DNA of 10,220 bases, from positions 1 to 10,220 of the forward strand of contig CAZMCX010000022.1 of the NCBI GenBank assembly GCA_964565125.1, written 5' to 3'. Below the pieces are notes generated by a model. It had not been told where the DNA came from and did no database searches. It was given only the letters and a program-made list of their open reading frames with translations. Of the stretch, positions 6,296 through 10,220 are shown in pieces. Each line of letters begins with the position of its first letter. Position 1 is the first letter of the stretch. The translations under genes were made by a program, and so were the position numbers. Source of the DNA: an uncultured archaeon (GTDB lineage: Archaea; Iainarchaeota; Iainarchaeia; Iainarchaeales; 0-14-0-20-30-16).

Positions 6296-7086
6296 TTTAA
6301 CCTCTGTTTAATTTCGTCTACTTTTGCTCTTGCTGCTTTTTCGCCCTCAATAATTTGTTTTTTTGATAACGCGTAATCAAATCTCATTGAAGAAACCACT
6401 ATTTTTGGATTTATAATTATTGCATCATGCACAGATTTCTTTATTCTTGAAGTCAAATCATCCGACATAATAATAAAAGATCTTTTTAGGGCATCTATTC
6501 TTGTTGGCTTTGCTTCAATATTTTTTAGGGCTTCTATATTCCCTAAATCACTACCAATAACAACATTGTAGCCTTTTTTTGCAACAATATCTACAGGAAG
6601 ATTATTTAGAACACCCCCATCTACTAACCAAGAGCCCCAAAAAAACCTTGCAGGAAATAATCCTGGAATACTCATGCTTGCAAAAATAGCATCAATAAGC
6701 CGCCCATAATCTATATCTAATAAAGCCCCATTTTCGATATTAACTGCAGTACAAGAAAGTGGTATTTTCGTATCTGAAAATCTATTGGACTTGTACACAG
6801 ATTCCAAAAAAAACTGGATATTTTTTAATGTTTTTTTGTACCCAGGTTTTAATAAATTAAATATATCTAAATTATTTTCTTTCAAAAAAGAAAATGCGTC
6901 TGATTTTAGGTGGTCTATATCTTTGTATAAAGCATAATGACCCCCAATCAAAGACCCAATAGAGGTACCACAAATATAATCTATTGGTATTCCTTCTTCT
7001 TCAAAGACTTGTAAAACACCAATATGTGCAAAACCTTTTGATGCCCCGCCGCCTAAAGCAATACCAACTTTTTTTCTTTGGATCAT
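6292..7086 (-). CDS. Patatin-like phospholipase (PNPLA/RssA-like)
   Basis: It has the oxyanion-hole motif GIALGGGASKG, the nucleophile elbow G-T-S-I-G, and the catalytic Asp in LVDGGVLNNLP. The ATG at 7086 (MIQRKKVGIALGGG) is preferred. It has GGTGA 5 nt upstream and lies 1 nt after the Pop5 TAA stop. The track start at 7110 would overlap Pop5 by 23 nt. No signal peptide is apparent. Confidence 0.88.
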   Translation of the reverse strand: MIQRKKVGIALGGGASKGFAHIGVLQVFEEEGIPIDYICGTSIGSLIGGHYALYKDIDHLKSDAFSFLKENNLDIFNLLKPGYKKTLKNIQFFLESVYKSNRFSDTKIPLSCTAVNIENGALLDIDYGRLIDAIFASMSIPGLFPARFFWGSWLVDGGVLNNLPVDIVAKKGYNVVIGSDLGNIEALKNIEAKPTRIDALKRSFIIMSDDLTSRIKKSVHDAIIINPKIVVSSMRFDYALSKKQIIEGEKAARAKVDEIKQRLK

Positions 7087-7087
7087 T

Positions 7088-7429
7088 TTATTCACCCAAC
7101 AAAACATCATTAATTGTCTTTATAGTTCCACTAACTTTTTCTAATTTTATATCCAACATGATTTCATTAGATTTCTTAAATAGTTCTAAAGCAGCAATTA
7201 TTTTTTCAAATTCATCTCTTGATGCTTTTACAACAAAATAAATTCTTTTCTTTTTTTCTGCACTTTTCAAAATTCTAAATTCCATTTGCGCCATAAAATA
7301 AGTTCCAAAAAAAGACCTTACATAACTGTTAATTATATTTTCAAAATTCTCTACTTTATTCATAGAAAACAAAAGGTATCTTTTCTTCTCTCTTAATGAC
7401 AACGGCAAGGGATTCAATTTTCTCTTCAT
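7088..7429 (-). CDS. rnp2: RNase P protein component 2 (Pop5)
   Basis: The N-terminal LPLSLREKKRYLLF matches the archaeal Pop5 signature (LPxxLRxxxRYhxF). The C-terminal VSGTIKT matches the conserved SGTI element. Size (113 aa) and adjacency to Rpp30 also fit. Confidence 0.85.
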   Translation of the reverse strand: MKRKLNPLPLSLREKKRYLLFSMNKVENFENIINSYVRSFFGTYFMAQMEFRILKSAEKKKRIYFVVKASRDEFEKIIAALELFKKSNEIMLDIKLEKVSGTIKTINDVLLGE

Positions 7430-7435
7430 GAAGGA

Positions 7436-7996
7436 TCACTTTCTTTCTAAAATATTAAAAAAATTATTTGCTTGCTCTATTTTTATATTAAATAAAGGAT
7501 ACAAAAATTCATTATTATAAATTACCTGCCAAGGCTCTTTTGCACCCGAAGCAATAAACACAGGTATTGATTGTTTCTTTGCAAGATCCACAAGCAAAAA
7601 AGCGTTCTTTAAGAACCCTATTTGCTGGCCTCTACTCAAATTCAGGTATTCATCAATAAAAACCAGAGGGCAGAGCCCCCTTTGTTTCATAACTGTTATT
7701 GTTGAATTATCAAAGAATTTTGTTTTGTAGTTAAAAGGGTTTATTATAAAATCCAATTTTTTGTCTAAGCAAAAAAACACATCTTTTAGAGAGCTTACTC
7801 TTGCCCCAACATAACAGCCATAATTCCCAGTTTTCTTGAATTCATTTTTGTTTTTTGAGACATCAACAACAAGACAGTGTTTTTTGTTATTCACGTCTTT
7901 AGAATATACTTCTGTGAGAAAAATTATTTGGCTTTCTTTTTCCTTGCCAAGCTTGCCCTTGAGTTCAAAGCCAATAAAATCATACATAAAAATCAT
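7436..7996 (-). CDS. rnp3: RNase P protein component 3 (Rpp30)
   Basis: By eye the C-terminal half aligns to Pyrococcus Rpp30 as I remember it. DFIINPF matches DAIISPW. IPVFIASGAKEPWQVIYNNEFLYPL matches [24 protein letters not shown]. It lies immediately upstream of Pop5, its known partner. The ATG at 7996 overlaps the ATPase TAA stop by 1 nt (TAATG). Alternative starts are the ATG at 7987 (MYDF...) and the GTG at 8017. Confidence 0.8.
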   Translation of the reverse strand: MIFMYDFIGFELKGKLGKEKESQIIFLTEVYSKDVNNKKHCLVVDVSKNKNEFKKTGNYGCYVGARVSSLKDVFFCLDKKLDFIINPFNYKTKFFDNSTITVMKQRGLCPLVFIDEYLNLSRGQQIGFLKNAFLLVDLAKKQSIPVFIASGAKEPWQVIYNNEFLYPLFNIKIEQANNFFNILERK

Positions 7997-9267
7997 TACT
8001 CCAATAACCAAAGCCACAGTGGAACATATTTTATTTTCTTTCCTTTAACTGTTTCTACTTTTTCTATATCATCAGTTATTATTAAACCCTCTTTTAAATT
8101 TAACTTATCCATGGCATCTAAAAGGCCTATCTTTTCTCGATCCAGTTCTGGACTTAATGTTACTTGTATTGCTTTTTTTTCATTGTGTTTTATCGCAATA
8201 AAATCACATTCTTTTTCCCCAGAATAATAAAATAAATCATATTCTCTTCTCTTAAGCTCCAAAAAAACTTGGTTTTCATAATACCAACCTTTCTCTTGTG
8301 CCTCTTTATTTAATAAAGCATTAACTAAACCATTATCAACAATATATATTTTTTTTGGATTCACTACTCTTTTTTTTTCTGAGTCAGTATATAGTGGGAC
8401 AAAGAAAAAATACATTGTAGTTTCAATATAATTTATAAGATCATAAAGAGGATCTTTTGTTACTTTTCTACCTTGACTTTTCAAAAAATTATAATATTTA
8501 TTAACTGAAAAAAATCTTGAAAAATTATTTAGCAAATAATACAAGGTATTTTTTACAAGATCCGGCTGTGGCAAATTATAACGCTCTATTAAATCCCTAA
8601 ATAATACTACATCAAAATAATTTTGCAAAATCCTCGCTCTTGAATAATCATCTTGTTTTATTACTTCTGGAAATCCGCCTATTTTGAGGTACCTGTCAAA
8701 ATGATTTTTTAAAGTATAGCGTTCTTTAGAATGAGTAATTTTATTATCAACAGAAATCTCCAAAGCGTCAAGATATTCCTTAAAACTAAATGGGAACATA
8801 TTATAATCCCAAGTTCTACCTCTTAGTTCAGTAGCTATTTCTTTACTAAGTAACTTAGCAGAACTTCTAGTAATATATATTTCATAATTTTCTGTAGAAT
8901 AAAGTCGCCTCACGAATTTCTGCCAATAGGGAACATTCTGTATTTCATCAAAAAAACAATATACTTTTTTTGAGGTATTATGTGGATAAAGTTCATAATA
9001 TGAATCTAATATTTTTTGTAAATCATCAACATTCAGATCTCTTAATCTTTCATCTTCAAAATTAAGGTAAAGTATTTGGGTTTTATCTATCTTTTTCTTA
9101 AGAAGAGAATAAATTATTTCGAACAAAAAATAAGTTTTTCCTGATCTTCTTGGGCCTATTATTGAATAAATTTTTCCAACATCTACTAGTTTTTTATCTC
9201 TTTTCACTAGTTTTTTCTCTGGAAAACCTTCTAAAAGCACAGTTTTTATGACAGACTTTTCAACCAT
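7996..9267 (-). CDS. COG1373-type AAA ATPase (AAA_14 N-domain + DUF4143 PD-(D/E)xK-like C-domain)
   Basis: Walker A is IIGPRRSGKT and Walker B is YCFFDEIQ. Family-typical elements are LNFEDERL, YITRSSAKLL, RGRTWDYNMFPFSFKEY and IYIVDNGL. The C-terminal segment is YYSGEKECDFIAIK...AIQVT. Confidence 0.88.
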   Translation of the reverse strand: MVEKSVIKTVLLEGFPEKKLVKRDKKLVDVGKIYSIIGPRRSGKTYFLFEIIYSLLKKKIDKTQILYLNFEDERLRDLNVDDLQKILDSYYELYPHNTSKKVYCFFDEIQNVPYWQKFVRRLYSTENYEIYITRSSAKLLSKEIATELRGRTWDYNMFPFSFKEYLDALEISVDNKITHSKERYTLKNHFDRYLKIGGFPEVIKQDDYSRARILQNYFDVVLFRDLIERYNLPQPDLVKNTLYYLLNNFSRFFSVNKYYNFLKSQGRKVTKDPLYDLINYIETTMYFFFVPLYTDSEKKRVVNPKKIYIVDNGLVNALLNKEAQEKGWYYENQVFLELKRREYDLFYYSGEKECDFIAIKHNEKKAIQVTLSPELDREKIGLLDAMDKLNLKEGLIITDDIEKVETVKGKKIKYVPLWLWLLE

Positions 9268-9291
9268 ATAACATATATACTACGGTACGAA

Positions 9292-9299
9292 TATTTAAA
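9292..9299 (-). promoter_or_regulatory. Archaeal TATA element (TTTAAATA on minus) for the ATPase-to-archaeosortase transcription unit
   Basis: The minus strand reads TTTAAATA, with 24 nt between the box and the ATG at 9267. No SD lies between them, which predicts a leaderless mRNA. Confidence 0.5.
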
Positions 9300-9300
9300 G

Positions 9301-9360
9301 GTTTCCTTTTTTTAAGGAAACTATTTACAAAAAGCTTCCTTTTTTTAAGGAAACTATTTC
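9301..9360. repeat. Two-copy 33-bp tandem duplication, each unit containing a hairpin-forming palindrome
   Basis: The 24-nt perfect direct repeat TTCCTTTTTTTAAGGAAACTATTT occurs at 9303-9326 and 9336-9359. Copy 1 forms GTTTCCTT-N5-AAGGAAAC (8-bp stem, 9301-9321). Copy 2 forms a 6-bp stem. The full 33-nt units match at about 28 of 33 positions. Confidence 0.85.
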
Positions 9361-9540
9361 TGAACCAAATTCTTGAATCATGGAATTTAGATCCAATAAT
9401 GTAAAATTATAATATTTGAGTACAGAAATTATAAAATGGCAATCTTTCTCATTACTAATATGATGTTCAACAGGTAGGCCACCAATATTCAAAGATTTTA
9501 CTTCTTCAAGGTTTTTCCAGAGTTTATGTTCTAAAGGCAT
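9325..9540 (-). CDS. Hypothetical small protein (71 aa), coding status uncertain
   Basis: This is the only ORF in the 364-nt gap between eL15 and the ATPase, and it is on the same strand as both. Its composition is not low-complexity. The last 12 codons lie inside the tandem repeat. No motif recognised. Confidence 0.4.
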   Translation of the reverse strand: MPLEHKLWKNLEEVKSLNIGGLPVEHHISNEKDCHFIISVLKYYNFTLLDLNSMIQEFGSEIVSLKKGSFL

Positions 9541-9587
9541 ATAAATAATAAGAATATTAAAAATCTTTGTAAATAATAAATAGAAGA

Positions 9588-9618
9588 ATTAGAAAGTAAT
9601 AATTATTAGAAAGTAATA
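9588..9618. repeat. 14-bp direct repeat ATTAGAAAGTAATA x2 (17-bp period)
   Basis: Perfect copies at 9588-9601 and 9605-9618 are separated by ATT. They lie in the intergenic region between the eL15 stop (9632) and the small ORF start (9540). Confidence 0.8.
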
Positions 9619-9631
9619 GGGACCTAGATTC

Positions 9632-10204
9632 CTATTTTGCCTTTCTTCCTTTTGCTCTTATAGATGGTCTATTCTTCTCGGATCCTTTGCCTTTGTCTAT
9701 TAATCCTCTTCCTTTCTTCCCTGCAGAAGTCAATCCTCTAAATACTCTTCTTGTCTGAGCAACTACACCAGCATAATTCTTGTCTGCCAATATTACCGGG
9801 TGTGATTTTTCTAGTAAAATAACTTCGTAGTATTTATCCTTACCATCTTCTCCAACCCAATAGCTATTCAAAACTTCGCAGTTACTAAATTTTGTGCCTG
9901 CTCTCTGCTCAGCCATCTTCTGGATTGAAACTTTTCTTGTTAATTTTAAGTATCCTGTTCTCTTTGGCTTTCTCCCTTTATTTACTCTAGAAAAAGCACC
10001 TGTTCCTTTTCTTATTTTTACCATGGCCACAATTACCCCTTGTTTTGCCTTGTAACCAAGTTCTCTTGCTCTTACTGGGTTTGTTGGCTTAGCCAATTTA
10101 ACAACACTTGCTTTTTTCTTTCTTAAAGTAATTAGTCTATCAGAATACAATTTTTTATAATCATAATCCGCATCTTTTTCTTTTTTTCTTATCTTAACCG
10201 ACAC
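9632..10204 (-). CDS. rpl15e: 50S ribosomal protein L15e (eL15), possibly 5'-incomplete in this window
   Basis: AKPTNPVRARELGYKAKQGVIVAMVKIRKG, LNSYWVGEDGKDKYYEVILL, RVFRGLTSAGKKGRGL and GKGSEKNRPS are hallmark eL15 segments. The track start at 10204 is GTG. The frame stays open to the window edge at 10220, and the conserved PT(R/N) element sits about 4 residues earlier than in the Haloarcula L15e I remember. The true start may therefore lie just outside the window. Confidence 0.9.
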   Translation of the reverse strand: MSVKIRKKEKDADYDYKKLYSDRLITLRKKKASVVKLAKPTNPVRARELGYKAKQGVIVAMVKIRKGTGAFSRVNKGRKPKRTGYLKLTRKVSIQKMAEQRAGTKFSNCEVLNSYWVGEDGKDKYYEVILLEKSHPVILADKNYAGVVAQTRRVFRGLTSAGKKGRGLIDKGKGSEKNRPSIRAKGRKAK

Positions 10205-10220
10205 TTTCTTGAATTGTTTT

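Noticed and set aside
6292-7086. Patatin as a CBASS-type or other antiphage effector
   Set aside because: No cyclase/nucleotidyltransferase, sensor, SAVED/STING-like or other defence genes are adjacent. The flanking genes are RNase P subunits and an archaeosortase, so a defence-island reading is unsupported here.
6984-8227. Plus-strand ORFs 6984-7241, 7836-8048 and 7877-8227, antisense to patatin/Pop5, Rpp30 and the ATPase
   Set aside because: These are shadow frames of well-supported minus-strand genes. The products are Phe/Leu/Ser-rich with no independent signals.
9301-9618. Possible CRISPR array or MITE, from the two tandem-repeat loci
   Set aside because: Each repeat has only two copies. 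The spacers of 9 nt and 3 nt are far too short for CRISPR. No cas genes are present, and I found no terminal inverted repeats or target-site duplications flanking a discrete element.

Overview
This is a strongly AT-rich, very compact archaeal chromosomal segment. The archaeal assignment rests on archaea/eukaryote-type ribosomal proteins (eS1/S3Ae, uS15, eL15), RNase P protein subunits Rpp30 and Pop5, the KEOPS kinase Bud32, TTTATATA box-A promoters, and Shine-Dalgarno motifs matching an archaeal 16S 3' end. Gene overlaps of 1-4 nt, GTG/TTG starts and the gene content suggest a small-genome (DPANN-like) archaeon, but that is inference only. I support 14 CDSs and see no rRNA, tRNA, CRISPR array, transposase or integrase. 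There are three transcription blocks. (i) A surface-protein gene on + (44-1222) converges on a minus-strand block of uS15, S3Ae, a terminator-like hairpin, UPF0147 and MgtE. (ii) A plus-strand block (4004-5622) encodes a membrane-anchored protein, Bud32 and a small HExxH membrane protein. (iii) A minus-strand string encodes eL15, a 71-aa ORF, a COG1373-type AAA/DUF4143 ATPase, Rpp30, Pop5, a patatin-like phospholipase and a 186-aa archaeosortase-family protein. The best candidate for something undescribed is the patatin/mini-archaeosortase pair. These two genes share a GTGA overlap, follow the RNase P genes directly, and sit beside an HExxH membrane protein. The second candidate is the small ORF plus AAA/DUF4143 ATPase module lying between eL15 and Rpp30-Pop5. 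It has its own leaderless-type promoter, a 33-bp in-frame palindrome-containing tandem duplication, and an apparently degenerate nuclease motif. All functional calls come from motif recognition by eye; no searches were run.
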